Source: Candidatus Saccharimonadales bacterium (GTDB taxonomy: Bacteria; Patescibacteriota; Saccharimonadia; Saccharimonadales; JACQNP01). Taken from it: a stretch of DNA of 61,400 bases. A program made the position numbers and the translations under genes. Location: positions 1 to 61,400 of the forward strand of contig JBGSIS010000024.1 of NCBI GenBank assembly GCA_041742395.1. Reading direction: 5' to 3'. Below the pieces are notes generated by a model. That model ran no database searches and was not told the origin of the DNA. It was given only the letters and a program-made list of their open reading frames with translations. How positions within the stretch are numbered: the stretch's first letter is position 1; each line of letters starts with the position of its first letter. Below are positions 1 through 10,271 of this stretch, piece after piece.

Positions 1-89
1 GTTTAGTTATTTTATTGCCACTTTTTTGTCTGGGAGTTTATTATATTTTAGTTTCACTAAACACAAAAAACAAAACAAACAAAATAATC

Positions 90-1199
90 ATGAAGAACAG
101 TAACTACAGCGTTTGTTTGTTATCTTCTCAAAACTTACTTAAGCTAGCCTTGAGTAACATTAACAACCAATTTGTTAAAATTGACCACAAAATTGCAAGC
201 GTTAGTAGTAATGGTATTTCATTTAACAGTGATATATATGCCAACAAATTAAAAAATATTTCAGAAAGTTCAAATACTTCTGATGAAAGTATAAATTTGC
301 CTGCAGAAAGAAAAAATTCCTCCAAATATTTATTTAAGAAGATGGTTTTATTACCGTACATTATTATATTTACATTTTGTCTTGTATTTAACACGATAAT
401 TTATCTTAGTGAAGAATCAAAACAAATGTACTCTAATCTAATATATTTAGTTGTTATTGGAGCTACAATATTCTTGTTTATAGATCTATCTTTTAATTAT
501 TATTTAAGAGTATTTATAAAACACCAGTCCACTTTGCTTAAAGAATCTAAAATTAATAAAAGTTTGAAAAATCAGTCAGATAATTCAAACAATTTCATAA
601 AATTAATCCACGACTATCTGGACACACTAGAACTGTATGCTTCTAAAATGGAAAATATTCAACAGGAAGATATAAGAAAAAATTATTTATCAATTGAAAA
701 ATACCGAGATCAATTAGTGTATATAAATGAAATTCTGAAAAATGATACTTACAAAACTGACTTTAATGAAGTAGTGCACAAAGTTTTAAAAACTTGCGAT
801 AAAGAAACGGAAGATTTAGGAATTAAAATCGAAGCTACTTCTGAACATCCGATATCTATCGATATAAGTGAGACTTCATTATTTTTTATACTAAGTGTAA
901 TAATCAATGAATCCATGAAAAAAAGCACAAAAGATTCATTGATAATTATTGAAGCTAGAAAAGAAAATAATAAAGTTAGGATAAGTGTAGTTGACGAGAA
1001 TGCCAAAATACCTAAAACACTAAAAGACAATGTCGACAAAAACGTAGAGTCTTTAGATCTTAAAAATATTCAACCTAGTGAAAATGGGTTTAGTTTTTAT
1101 GTAGTCAAAACTATTTTAGGTCGATATGGTGGTCAAATGATTCTAGGTTCAAATTTTTATGGTAACAATGTGCAAATTATACTTCCGCTACATAATTAA
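90..1199 (+). CDS. sensor histidine kinase-like membrane protein
   Basis: ORF 15..1199 opens with TTG at 15; first ATG is at 90 (MKNSNYS). Hydrophobic segments LLPYIIIFTFCLVF and VVIGATIFLFIDL. Candidate H-box LIHDYLDTL, N-box-like IINESMKK, G2-like GFSFYVVKTILGRYGGQMIL. G1 box looks degenerate (VVDENAK). No response regulator is adjacent. Confidence 0.55.
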   Translation: MKNSNYSVCLLSSQNLLKLALSNINNQFVKIDHKIASVSSNGISFNSDIYANKLKNISESSNTSDESINLPAERKNSSKYLFKKMVLLPYIIIFTFCLVFNTIIYLSEESKQMYSNLIYLVVIGATIFLFIDLSFNYYLRVFIKHQSTLLKESKINKSLKNQSDNSNNFIKLIHDYLDTLELYASKMENIQQEDIRKNYLSIEKYRDQLVYINEILKNDTYKTDFNEVVHKVLKTCDKETEDLGIKIEATSEHPISIDISETSLFFILSVIINESMKKSTKDSLIIIEARKENNKVRISVVDENAKIPKTLKDNVDKNVESLDLKNIQPSENGFSFYVVKTILGRYGGQMILGSNFYGNNVQIILPLHN

Positions 1200-1879
1200 T
1201 TTGTTTTTTTCGTGCCGGCAAGAGTTGCTGCATTATTGAACTGTGATTCTAGGGCAGTTTTAGTATTTTTTGAGCTCGTACCTTGATAGGCTGATTGAAG
1301 GGTTTTTGCGTAGTCAGTTAAGTCATCCCTTAATATTAATAAGAATACCTCATCGAAGTTATTCGCTTGTTCTGCTTGAGTCAATTTTTCATCTGTATCT
1401 TTGTCTGGTCCACCAATAGATTTAGCATCTGTTTTTACTCCAAGTCCCTTCAGTGCTGTCTGTAATTCAGATTGTTCACTAGTAAGGCTTATTTGGGTAG
1501 TTATTGCAAGGTTCTTAGCTTCATTGCTCCTGGCTTTTTTGACACCAATCTCAGATATTCTAATTAGTTCTTTCTGTTTATAAACAACATCCTTAAGTTG
1601 CTCTTTTTGGGCTTTGCTTTCTTGGCCAAGGAAACTTGATGCAATTATGAATATAAAAATTAGCAAAACTAAACCACCTAAAATTATAAAAATACGCTGT
1701 GACTTAGAATTTCCACCGGGAAGTTTAAATTTTTTAGATTTTTGGTCTCCAGGGTTAATAATAAAATCATAAGGGTTTTTTTCGGTTGGCATGTTCTGAG
1801 GATTAATTGGTGGAGGTGCAGGATTTGGATTGTTTGGTTGCATAACCATAAGCATACTATTTACAGAGGTAATTAACAA
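1196..1879 (-). CDS. hypothetical single-pass membrane protein with Pro-rich N-terminus
   Basis: 227-aa ORF. Has PNNPNPAPPPINPQNMP, then a TM segment IFIILGGLVLLIFIFIIASSF and a polar C-terminal domain. True start uncertain (in-frame Met codons at 1855, 1849, 1843). No family recognised. Confidence 0.5.
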   Translation of the reverse strand: MLITSVNSMLMVMQPNNPNPAPPPINPQNMPTEKNPYDFIINPGDQKSKKFKLPGGNSKSQRIFIILGGLVLLIFIFIIASSFLGQESKAQKEQLKDVVYKQKELIRISEIGVKKARSNEAKNLAITTQISLTSEQSELQTALKGLGVKTDAKSIGGPDKDTDEKLTQAEQANNFDEVFLLILRDDLTDYAKTLQSAYQGTSSKNTKTALESQFNNAATLAGTKKTN

Positions 1880-1953
1880 GACTAATGAGTATTGAGGGGG
1901 ATAGTAATATGGTTATGCTAGACCGTAGCATTTAAAACCTATAACCTATAACT

Positions 1954-3699
1954 ATGGATGCCGTAGAGGATGTAAAAAGTCGACTAAGTATTGAAGACGT
2001 TGTAGGAGAGTATGTTCAACTTAAGCGTGCCGGCAGAAATTATAAAGGCTTGAGCCCATTCACCTCGGAGAATACACCTAGTTTTATGGTTAGCCCGGAA
2101 AAACAAATATGGCATGATTTTAGTTCTGGCACTGGTGGAAATATGTTTAGCTTTATTATGGAAGTTGAAGGGCTAGACTTTAGGGGCGCACTTGAGCTTT
2201 TGGCTAGAAAAGCCGGAGTTGACCTAGATCAGTACAATAGCGGTAGAAACAAGGGGGTCGCGAAAAAGAAAGAAAGAGCTTACGAAATTCTTGAAACCGC
2301 TGCAAAATTTTACCAAGTACAGTTTTCTAAGAATCAAAAAGCACTGGAATATATTCTCAAAGACAGAAATTTCTCCAAACAGACTGCTCTTGAGTTTCGA
2401 ATCGGCTATTCTCCAAATACTGGAGATGCATTGGTAAAATACTTGATTAAAAGCGGTGTTACCGAGAATGAGTTAAAGACAGCTGGTTTGGCCACCAAGA
2501 CCATGAATGGTCTAGGTGATATGTTTCGAGGCAGAATTATGATTCCATTGTCAGATGCCAATGGTCGTGTAGTTGGATTTACGGCTAGATTATTGGAAGA
2601 TTTACCAAACTCCCCAAAGTATATAAATACTGCTCAAACTATTTTGTACGATAAGAGCAGAAATGTTTACGGGCTTCATTTGGCTAAGGAATCAATTAGA
2701 AAATTGGGGTACAGTGTTTTAGTGGAAGGTAATCTTGACGTGATTGCTAGTCATCAGGCAGGCGTGAAAAACGTAGTAGCCACCGCGGGAACCGCTTTAA
2801 CAGAAATGCAGCTAAAGACATTACAAAGATTTTCTAGTGAGGTCAGATTGGCTTTTGATCAGGATAGGGCAGGTATTCAAGCGGCAGAACGATCTATTCC
2901 AATTGCTGCAAAAACTGGAGTGAATCTTTCCGTAATAACTATTTCGGGGGGAAAAGATCCAGATGAGCTTATTAGAAAAGATCCTATTCTTTGGACAATT
3001 GCTATCGAAGATAAAGTACCAGCAGTCGATTGGCTGATTAATTTGTACGAATCTCAACTTGATCTAGAGACTGCAACTGGAAAAAGTCAATTTAGTAATA
3101 TCGTAATGAAGACAATAGACGGTTTAGAAGATAATGTTGAAAAAGAACATTATATTGAAAAAGTATCAAAAATTATTGGAGTGTCTAAAAACGCACTTAT
3201 GTCAAAAGTGGATGCAGGAACAAAAAAACAAAACTACAAAAAAACAAAAACCACCCATAAACTAACTGAAGATATAGAGACGGTTAAAATACAAAGTCAG
3301 TTGCTGGCTTTGGCAATAATGGTTCCTTCTCTTAGGAGTGAACTCAATATAGTGGATTCAAGCATGTTAATTGGCGATGACGCGAAGATAGTTTTAGACT
3401 TTTTGAAGCTTAATCCAGAGTTTAGTGGTAAGCCTGAAGAGATGAACGACTTGAGAAATGTTTCCGATTATGTCAAAATGTTGTTATTACAGTTTGAGAC
3501 GCTATATCATCAGCTCGATAACAAAGAGCTGAAATATGAGATAAAGATATTACAATCGCGTCTGATAGAAATTTATGTAAAGAATCAAAAACTTATTCTC
3601 GCTAAAGAATTCGATAGCGCAGACGAAAACAAAACTAGATCATTACTAGAAAAAGTTAAATCATTAGATTTGCTTTTGAATGAAATTCAAGGAGAATAA
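1954..3699 (+). CDS. dnaG: DNA primase DnaG (zinc-binding ligands all substituted)
   Basis: N-terminus is DnaG-like ([38 protein letters not shown]). Toprim region [16 protein letters not shown] and FDQDRAG. Lies immediately upstream of rpoD, the classical operon arrangement. The CHC2 zinc motif reads SPFT...DFSSG. Confidence 0.9.
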   Translation: MDAVEDVKSRLSIEDVVGEYVQLKRAGRNYKGLSPFTSENTPSFMVSPEKQIWHDFSSGTGGNMFSFIMEVEGLDFRGALELLARKAGVDLDQYNSGRNKGVAKKKERAYEILETAAKFYQVQFSKNQKALEYILKDRNFSKQTALEFRIGYSPNTGDALVKYLIKSGVTENELKTAGLATKTMNGLGDMFRGRIMIPLSDANGRVVGFTARLLEDLPNSPKYINTAQTILYDKSRNVYGLHLAKESIRKLGYSVLVEGNLDVIASHQAGVKNVVATAGTALTEMQLKTLQRFSSEVRLAFDQDRAGIQAAERSIPIAAKTGVNLSVITISGGKDPDELIRKDPILWTIAIEDKVPAVDWLINLYESQLDLETATGKSQFSNIVMKTIDGLEDNVEKEHYIEKVSKIIGVSKNALMSKVDAGTKKQNYKKTKTTHKLTEDIETVKIQSQLLALAIMVPSLRSELNIVDSSMLIGDDAKIVLDFLKLNPEFSGKPEEMNDLRNVSDYVKMLLLQFETLYHQLDNKELKYEIKILQSRLIEIYVKNQKLILAKEFDSADENKTRSLLEKVKSLDLLLNEIQGE

Positions 3700-3701
3700 A
3701 T

Positions 3702-4784
3702 ATGGCCGATGACCCATTACAGTTAGCTAAAGAAGAACTGCTAGCAAAAGCAAAAAAAGACAATAAGATTAGTCAAAAAGATATCTTTAGTAAGATACCT
3801 GATACTCCAGAAAATATTGATATTTTGGATAGTTTATATACTGAATTGGCAGATTTAAATGTTGACGTAAAAGCAGCAGACGAACCAAATGTTGAATTTA
3901 TTGAAGAGGAAGAAGAAGAGATTGTCTTAAGTGATTCCACCTACTTAGAAGATATTGCCGATGATTCAGTTAGACTTTATCTTAGAGAGATTGGAAAAAT
4001 TCCGTTACTTAACGCCGAAGAAGAACTAGAACTTGCTAATAGAGTAGTTGCTGGCGATAAAGACGCAAAAGACAAAATGGCGGAAGCGAATATGCGTTTG
4101 GTCGTATCAATTGCAAAACGATATGTAGGTAGAGGTCTAGACTTGTTAGATCTAATTCAAGAAGGTAACACTGGTCTATTAAGAGCTGTTGAAAAATTTG
4201 ACCCTGATAAAGGTTTTAAGTTCTCGACATATGCCACATGGTGGATTAGGCAAGCTATAACTCGTGCAATTGCTGACCAAGCTCGTACTATTCGAATTCC
4301 TGTTCATATGGTTGAAACAATCAACAAGCTTCTAAGGACGCAGAGACGCCTTACTCAGGAACTTAACCGAGAACCAACCAATGAAGAAATTGCAAAGGCA
4401 ATGGAAATTGACGTCGACAAAGTCGAACATATTATGAAGATTAAGCAGGATATATCCAGTTTGGATGCTTCTGTTCGCGATGACGAAGAAGATTCTGTTT
4501 TAGCGGATTTTATTGAAGACGAAGATACTGTTTCCCCAGAAGAGTCGGCTACAGGACAATTACTTAAGGAACACGTTAAAGATATGCTTAGTAGTTTAAC
4601 TGAGCGTGAGCAAAAGATTCTTAAACTACGATTTGGTCTTGAAGACGGTAAAAGCCATACACTTGAAGAAGTCGGACAAGAGTTTAGCGTCACTCGTGAG
4701 AGAATTAGGCAAATTGAAGCTAAAGCTTTAGCAAAACTCCGGAAGCACAAAGACAGTAAGAAACTTCACGACTATATCAAGTAA
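3702..4784 (+). CDS. rpoD: primary RNA polymerase sigma-70 factor
   Basis: Region 2 [29 protein letters not shown]. Region 4.2 [24 protein letters not shown]. Starts 3 nt after the dnaG stop. Confidence 0.95.
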   Translation: MADDPLQLAKEELLAKAKKDNKISQKDIFSKIPDTPENIDILDSLYTELADLNVDVKAADEPNVEFIEEEEEEIVLSDSTYLEDIADDSVRLYLREIGKIPLLNAEEELELANRVVAGDKDAKDKMAEANMRLVVSIAKRYVGRGLDLLDLIQEGNTGLLRAVEKFDPDKGFKFSTYATWWIRQAITRAIADQARTIRIPVHMVETINKLLRTQRRLTQELNREPTNEEIAKAMEIDVDKVEHIMKIKQDISSLDASVRDDEEDSVLADFIEDEDTVSPEESATGQLLKEHVKDMLSSLTEREQKILKLRFGLEDGKSHTLEEVGQEFSVTRERIRQIEAKALAKLRKHKDSKKLHDYIK

Positions 4785-4802
4785 TAATCGCGTATTAATT
4801 TT

Positions 4803-4916
4803 ATGAAAGAGTTACTTTTATTTATATTTTTACCAAGCATAATCGCATGTATTATTTTAATTCCGTATATTATCTATAAAGATAGAAAAAAGAATAGAAA
4901 TAAAGATTTACAGTAA
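4803..4916 (+). CDS. possible 37-aa single-TM micro-protein
   Basis: Hand-translated: MKELLLFIFLPSIIACIILIPYIIYKDRKKNRNKDLQ, i.e. a TM helix plus a basic tail. Too short for the ORF track. No SD seen, so it could be chance in AT-rich DNA. Confidence 0.25.
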   Translation: MKELLLFIFLPSIIACIILIPYIIYKDRKKNRNKDLQ

Positions 4917-4946
4917 CTTTACTAATATGTTGGTAGAATATATATA

Positions 4947-6416
4947 GTGAGTAAAAAAGTTATTGTTATTGGTGCTGGTTTCGGCGGCCTTAGTGCCGCA
5001 GCATATTTAGGCCAATACGGCTACGACGTAACTATATTAGAAAAAAACCCATCTGCAGGTGGACGAGCGATGGTTAAAATGGCTCAGGGCTACACCTTTG
5101 ATTTGGGCCCTTCATGGTATCTAATGCCAGATGTTTTTGAGGAATTTTTTGGAGACTTTGGTAAAAAACCAAGTGATTTCTACGATTTAGTTGATCTAAA
5201 TCCGTCATATAAAGTCTTCGATCAGAAAGATACTTTCGAGGTGCTCACCACTCCTGATGTCTATCACTTATTCGAAGATTTGGAACCCGGTAGTACAAAG
5301 GAAATAAAAAAACTGTTAAGCAAAACCCAAAAAGAGTATGAGACAGTTAGGAAAAAGTTATTAATTACTCCCCAAAAAAGTATTACTGAAATTGGGAGAA
5401 ATCCAGAGTCACTCAAGTTTTTACTTAACCCAGAACTAACGCGTTCTTATCATTCAAGAATTAGTAAATATACTAGTAGTCCCGAAATACAGAGAATCTT
5501 AGAATTTATGACTGTATTTATGGGGGGCAGTCCAGAGAACATACCTGCAATGTACAGTTTATTGGCACATGTAGATTTGGGGATGGGCGTAAAATACCCC
5601 TTAGGTGGAATGGGTAAATTAGTCGATGCTTTTGTGAATGTCGCCAAGAAACAGGGTGTAAAAATAATCTATAATTCTGAAGTTAAATCCATAAAATCAA
5701 CAAAAAACATTGTTAGCAATGTAGAGACCTCAAAAGGTAAGTTGTTTGAAGCAGATATTGTTATTGCAAATGCTGACTATCATTATGTTGAAACAAAGAT
5801 GCTAGATACTAAAAATCAAAAATACTCCGAGGGATATTGGGATAAAAAAGTTCTGTCGCCAAGTGGTTTGCTAATTTATCTCGGGGTAAAAAAGAAATTA
5901 CCAAATTTACTTCACCACAACTTGTTTTTTGATGCTGACTGGCACAAACATTTCGACGAAGTATTTAATAAGCAGGTCTGGTCAGAAGAGCCACTGCTTT
6001 ATGTTTGCGTACCAAGCAAAACGGATAATAGTGTAGCGCCAGAGGGGAAAGAAAATATGTTTATTCTTGCTCCTGTTGCTAATGGTGATCAGCCATCAGA
6101 CGAAGTTATTAAAAAAACAGTTGATTCAATTATAAAAAGAATTGAGAAAAAAATAGGCACTAAATTTAGCCAAGATATTGAGTTTAAGGACGTAAGGGCT
6201 CACGATTACTTTAAAAATACTTTTAATGCGTACAGAGGCAATGCCTTTGGCTTGGCACATACTTTCATGCAATCAGGTCCTTTTAGACCAAAAATGCAAA
6301 GTACTAAGCTTAAGGGTCTGTATTATGTTGGTCAGTACACTAACCCAGGCACCGGTGTGCCACTAGTAACTTTGTCAGGAAAAGCAGTGAGTAATTTAAT
6401 ATTAGGTAGAAGATGA
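4947..6416 (+). CDS. crtI: phytoene desaturase family FAD oxidoreductase (CrtI/CrtN type)
   Basis: N-terminal dinucleotide fold KKVIVIGAGFGGLSAAAYL..V.ILEK....GGR. C-terminal YYVGQYTNPGTGVPLV is typical of CrtI. GTG start. Stop overlaps the crtB start (ATGA at 6413-6416). Confidence 0.8.
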   Translation: MSKKVIVIGAGFGGLSAAAYLGQYGYDVTILEKNPSAGGRAMVKMAQGYTFDLGPSWYLMPDVFEEFFGDFGKKPSDFYDLVDLNPSYKVFDQKDTFEVLTTPDVYHLFEDLEPGSTKEIKKLLSKTQKEYETVRKKLLITPQKSITEIGRNPESLKFLLNPELTRSYHSRISKYTSSPEIQRILEFMTVFMGGSPENIPAMYSLLAHVDLGMGVKYPLGGMGKLVDAFVNVAKKQGVKIIYNSEVKSIKSTKNIVSNVETSKGKLFEADIVIANADYHYVETKMLDTKNQKYSEGYWDKKVLSPSGLLIYLGVKKKLPNLLHHNLFFDADWHKHFDEVFNKQVWSEEPLLYVCVPSKTDNSVAPEGKENMFILAPVANGDQPSDEVIKKTVDSIIKRIEKKIGTKFSQDIEFKDVRAHDYFKNTFNAYRGNAFGLAHTFMQSGPFRPKMQSTKLKGLYYVGQYTNPGTGVPLVTLSGKAVSNLILGRR

Positions 6417-7267
6417 GTAAGTCCGTCGAGCAAGATATATTCAATAAAGGAAGTACAACTTATTATTGGAGTAGCAGGTTTTTTCCGAAAAGTGTTAGAG
6501 AAGACGTTTTTAGACTCTATAGTTTTGTTCGTGTAGTTGATGACTATGTCGATTCTGTACCTCAGCAAAAAGAAGAATATTTTAAAATAAAAAATCTTTA
6601 TCTTAAAAGGGTCAATGAAACTAATCTAGACACTTCAATCAAGGAGAGTGACAACATAGACACTAGAGTTATAAAAAACATAATTCAAGTTTCTAGAAAG
6701 TTTTCTTTTGATGAAGATTGGGTTGTCTCATTTTTTGATTCCATGGAAATGGATATTAACAAAAAAACTTATAGAACTATTGAAGAAGTTGCAGAATACA
6801 TTTATGGTTCAGCAGAAGTAATTGGGCTAATGATGTCAAAGATTATGGGACTAGATAAAGAGTCATATAAATATGCTCAACTTCAGGGCAGGGCAATGCA
6901 ATGGATAAATTTTTTAAGAGATATTGACGAAGATTTATCATTAGGCAGAGTTTATTTACCGGAGGAAGATTTAAAAAAATTCGGTTTCAATAGTTTCAAT
7001 AAAGAGAGTATTAATGGTAATCAAGAGGAGTTTATCGAATTAATTAAGTTTGAAATTGGCAGATATGAAGAATGGCAAAAAGAAGCATACCAAGGGTATA
7101 AATTTATACCCAAAAGACTTCGCATACCCCTAAAAACTGCGACAGACATGTATAATTGGACCTCACGATTGATATACGATAATCCTATGATTGTCTTTGA
7201 CGAAAAAGTTAAACCAAGAAAAAGAAGAGTGATTTTAGGAGCAGGAGCAAATTTGATTAATGGCTAA
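6413..7267 (+). CDS. crtB: phytoene/squalene synthase family protein
   Basis: Motifs YSFVRVVDDYVD (first Asp-rich motif) and NFLRDIDEDLSLGRVYLP (second Asp-rich motif). Translationally coupled to crtI and to the cyclase gene. Confidence 0.8.
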   Translation: MSKSVEQDIFNKGSTTYYWSSRFFPKSVREDVFRLYSFVRVVDDYVDSVPQQKEEYFKIKNLYLKRVNETNLDTSIKESDNIDTRVIKNIIQVSRKFSFDEDWVVSFFDSMEMDINKKTYRTIEEVAEYIYGSAEVIGLMMSKIMGLDKESYKYAQLQGRAMQWINFLRDIDEDLSLGRVYLPEEDLKKFGFNSFNKESINGNQEEFIELIKFEIGRYEEWQKEAYQGYKFIPKRLRIPLKTATDMYNWTSRLIYDNPMIVFDEKVKPRKRRVILGAGANLING

Positions 7268-7928
7268 TTATCTTTATCTGGTTATGAATTTATGTGTATT
7301 TGTACCTTTATTTATTGCTAGTTATTTTGGTTGGTTCGGTATCAGAGTAAGAAAACAAATATTATATTCATATCTACTCGTTTCTTTGCCGTTTATTATC
7401 TGGGACATTATCGTAACAAAACTGGGTCACTGGTCGTTTAGTCAAGATTATACTTTGGGTCTATCTTTGGCCGGAATACCATTTGAAGAAATACTATTCT
7501 TTTTCACTGTACCATTCGGGTGTATTTACGTTTGGGAAATTTTAAGAAAGTACCTAAAAGATGATAGGACATTTAAAAATAGTATTGCTACCCTTGCCGC
7601 ATTATTGTTGTCTGCTTTCGGATTCTTACTAATGGTTACGGGAGGCGGCTACAGTAATATAGCTGGCGCTTTGCTTATCCTGACTTCTTTTACGGCGTAT
7701 TACACGGGTTGGTTAAGTAGATATGATTTTTGGCGATTTCAAGTTGTAGTGTATTGTTTGTTCGTTGGTTTCAATCTGATTCTAACGGCTATACCAATAG
7801 TAACTTATAGTTCTGATGCCATCACTGGTTTGAGATTTATTACCATTCCAGTTGAAGATTTTGCCTATAATTTTGTTTTAATAAATGTTTCTCTTTTTGT
7901 CTACGAGGCTAAGAAAAAGTCTAAATAA
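7260..7928 (+). CDS. lycopene cyclase domain protein (fused CrtYc/CrtYd type)
   Basis: Polytopic 222-aa membrane protein with two PxE(E/D) motifs, one per half (GIPFEEILFF and TIPVEDFAYNF). This is the pattern in heterodimeric/fused lycopene beta-cyclases. Overlaps crtB by 8 nt. Confidence 0.7.
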   Translation: MANYLYLVMNLCVFVPLFIASYFGWFGIRVRKQILYSYLLVSLPFIIWDIIVTKLGHWSFSQDYTLGLSLAGIPFEEILFFFTVPFGCIYVWEILRKYLKDDRTFKNSIATLAALLLSAFGFLLMVTGGGYSNIAGALLILTSFTAYYTGWLSRYDFWRFQVVVYCLFVGFNLILTAIPIVTYSSDAITGLRFITIPVEDFAYNFVLINVSLFVYEAKKKSK

Positions 7929-8484
7929 AATTTTCTTTTTTGAGAATTATATCAACTGAGTTCAATAGGTCTTGCATGCTAGAGTTATTGCATACAGTAT
8001 AGTCAGCATTGGCTATTGGTCCGCCTTTTTCAAGATTTTCTATTTCAGCGTACTCTCTAGATGTTACTTCGACTTCTGTGAGTGGTCGCACAGGACGGTT
8101 GCTAAGTCTTTGATGACGAACTTTTCGGGGTGTGGCTATGGATATGACTAATGAGTTATTATCAAAAGTCTGCTTGAAAAGTTTATATTCTGTCCAGCTA
8201 TAAAGACCATCGGCTATAACAACTTGGTTGCCGCTTTCATAAAGAGAATATATTTTACTAATAATTCTTTTCGCATAAGCGTCCTTACCTTCTTTTTCTC
8301 TGATGTCCTCTCTAACTAGTTTCTCGTTTACTTCGTTTACTTCAAGTCCTCGGGCTTTAACTTCGTCAATGGTTATTCCACCAAAGTAAACAGAAGGGAT
8401 TCCAAGTTCTTCTAAGTGCTCGACACAAGAGCTTTTACCAGCACCAGGCATTCCTACTAAAACTATGACTTTTACTTCTTTCAC
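7921..8484 (-). CDS. P-loop nucleotide kinase-like protein (archaeal UPF0200-like)
   Basis: Walker A VGMPGAGKSS. The overall pattern (LGIP.V..G....E....G......N.......RE..G.DA.AKR..., ..DG.YS..E...FK) resembles the UPF0200 / dephospho-CoA-kinase-like family as I recall it. Confidence 0.55.
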   Translation of the reverse strand: MKEVKVIVLVGMPGAGKSSCVEHLEELGIPSVYFGGITIDEVKARGLEVNEVNEKLVREDIREKEGKDAYAKRIISKIYSLYESGNQVVIADGLYSWTEYKLFKQTFDNNSLVISIATPRKVRHQRLSNRPVRPLTEVEVTSREYAEIENLEKGGPIANADYTVCNNSSMQDLLNSVDIILKKENFI

Positions 8485-8529
8485 TACAATATTGTACTAA
8501 ATATGTAATTTAAAGCTATAATTGAATTA

Positions 8530-9630
8530 ATGAAAAATTCGACTAAGACTTCGAGTGGCTTTTTAGTTCAGTTATCCGAATACAAGAAATTGATTGATGA
8601 AGATATAAATCAATATGCTAAACAGGTAAGAAGAAGCACCTTACAGCAGTATGGAAGTAGCGCTAGATTAGAGATTGATGCATACTTGGATATTTTGGGC
8701 CGCGGAGGTAAGAGAATAAGGGGTGCATTAACAATTCTTGGTTACGAAATGTCTGGCGGTAAAGACATGGAAATGATAGTTCAGGCTGCTAGGGCAGTAG
8801 AAATGATACACGCCTATATCTTGATTATTGATGACATCCAAGACAGGTCATTAATGAGAAGGGGAGATAAGACCGCACACATCAAATTAGCAGATTATCA
8901 TTTGAAAAACGAGCTTGCAGGTAGTTCTGATCACTTCGGTATATCTATTGCTCTTGATTCAGCTCTGTCGGGCATGCATGCAGCCCAGATGATACTGGCA
9001 AACTTAAACGTTGACGAAGAACTAAAACTTAAAGTAATAAGTATTATTAATTTGACAATGACTGTGACTGCTCATGGCCAAACCTATGACATAATGAACG
9101 AAGTAGTAGCTGATGTTAGTCAGGAGGATTTGGATAGGGTACTACGGTGGAAGACTGCTCATTATACTTTTCTAAATCCACTTCATGTCGGTATGGTTCT
9201 GGCAGGAGCAGATTGTCAGGCAACTGACGCAATTACTGATTATGCAATTAACACTGGTATAGCCTTCCAGATAACTGACGATATTATTGGTGTTTTTGGA
9301 TCAGAACAAGAAACCGGCAAAAGCCCCATGGACGACATAAAAGAAGGAAAAAGAACTGTACTGGCAATGTATGCACTCAATAATTCTTCTTCAGCGGACA
9401 AGAACTTTCTCATACAAATGTTGGGTAATGCAAATTTAACTCCTGCTGAATTCCAGAGAGTAAAAGATATCTTGGTTGATACTGGAGCGCTCGATAACGC
9501 TCGAATATCCGCAAATCACTATATTTCAGTTGCACTAGAGTCACTTCAAAAAGAAATACAGAGATGGACTCCAAATGGAGTAGATTTTTTGCGTGATATG
9601 GCAGAGTTTATGCTTAAAAGAACTAACTAA
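8530..9630 (+). CDS. polyprenyl diphosphate synthase (GGPP synthase-like)
   Basis: First Asp-rich motif IIDDIQD and second ITDDIIG. GKRIRG substrate-binding motif. TATAAT at 8517-8522 lies 7 nt upstream of the ATG. Confidence 0.85.
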   Translation: MKNSTKTSSGFLVQLSEYKKLIDEDINQYAKQVRRSTLQQYGSSARLEIDAYLDILGRGGKRIRGALTILGYEMSGGKDMEMIVQAARAVEMIHAYILIIDDIQDRSLMRRGDKTAHIKLADYHLKNELAGSSDHFGISIALDSALSGMHAAQMILANLNVDEELKLKVISIINLTMTVTAHGQTYDIMNEVVADVSQEDLDRVLRWKTAHYTFLNPLHVGMVLAGADCQATDAITDYAINTGIAFQITDDIIGVFGSEQETGKSPMDDIKEGKRTVLAMYALNNSSSADKNFLIQMLGNANLTPAEFQRVKDILVDTGALDNARISANHYISVALESLQKEIQRWTPNGVDFLRDMAEFMLKRTN

Positions 9631-9671
9631 GTGCTTTAGGTTATAAAACAACAGTTATGTAAACTGTTTTT

Positions 9672-10271
9672 ATGTCTCATGAACAGCACTCTCATGAAGA
9701 GTCTAAAAAATTACTTGGTACTGCGACCATTGTAAATGGTTTATTGGGGGTGGGTGAAGTTATCGCTGGCATCGCTACTGGAAGTAATTTATTGCAAGCT
9801 GACGCACTTCATAACGCCGTTGATACTTCTATGTATGGTATGAAGTGGAAGCTGGCCAGTAACGAAAGTAAGGAGAGAGTAAATAAATACAGAAAAGCAA
9901 TTATGGGAATAGTATGCTTGGGCTCGTTAGCAATAGGGGTAAAGTCTGGTATAGAAATTATTAATAACGATTTTGATAAAACTCCACCAATTGTTGTTGG
10001 GGTTGCGGCATTAGCCGGGGCTGCAAATTTTTCGATAGCAAAAAAGCTACATGATAGTGCCCATGATAATGAAGGTGTTCATAAAGACGGTATGAGACAT
10101 GCTGCAAGCGATGCAGTTGGCTCTGTTATAACTGTTGGCTGCGCAGCAATGGCTTACAGGGGCTTTGAAGTTTCAGATCCCGCGGGTGCAATCACGACGT
10201 CTGCGGTCACTATAGCTATGAACTTTCCAACTAAAAAACGCCTTGGAACAGAATTAGTTACTGACTTGTGA
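9672..10271 (+). CDS. short cation diffusion facilitator-like membrane protein (TM domain only)
   Basis: His-rich N-terminus MSHEQHSHEE. CDF-like HxxxD motifs in predicted TM helices (ALHNAVD, RHAASDAVGS). No C-terminal cytoplasmic domain. Overlaps the convergent ATPase gene by 18 nt. Confidence 0.45.
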   Translation: MSHEQHSHEESKKLLGTATIVNGLLGVGEVIAGIATGSNLLQADALHNAVDTSMYGMKWKLASNESKERVNKYRKAIMGIVCLGSLAIGVKSGIEIINNDFDKTPPIVVGVAALAGAANFSIAKKLHDSAHDNEGVHKDGMRHAASDAVGSVITVGCAAMAYRGFEVSDPAGAITTSAVTIAMNFPTKKRLGTELVTDL

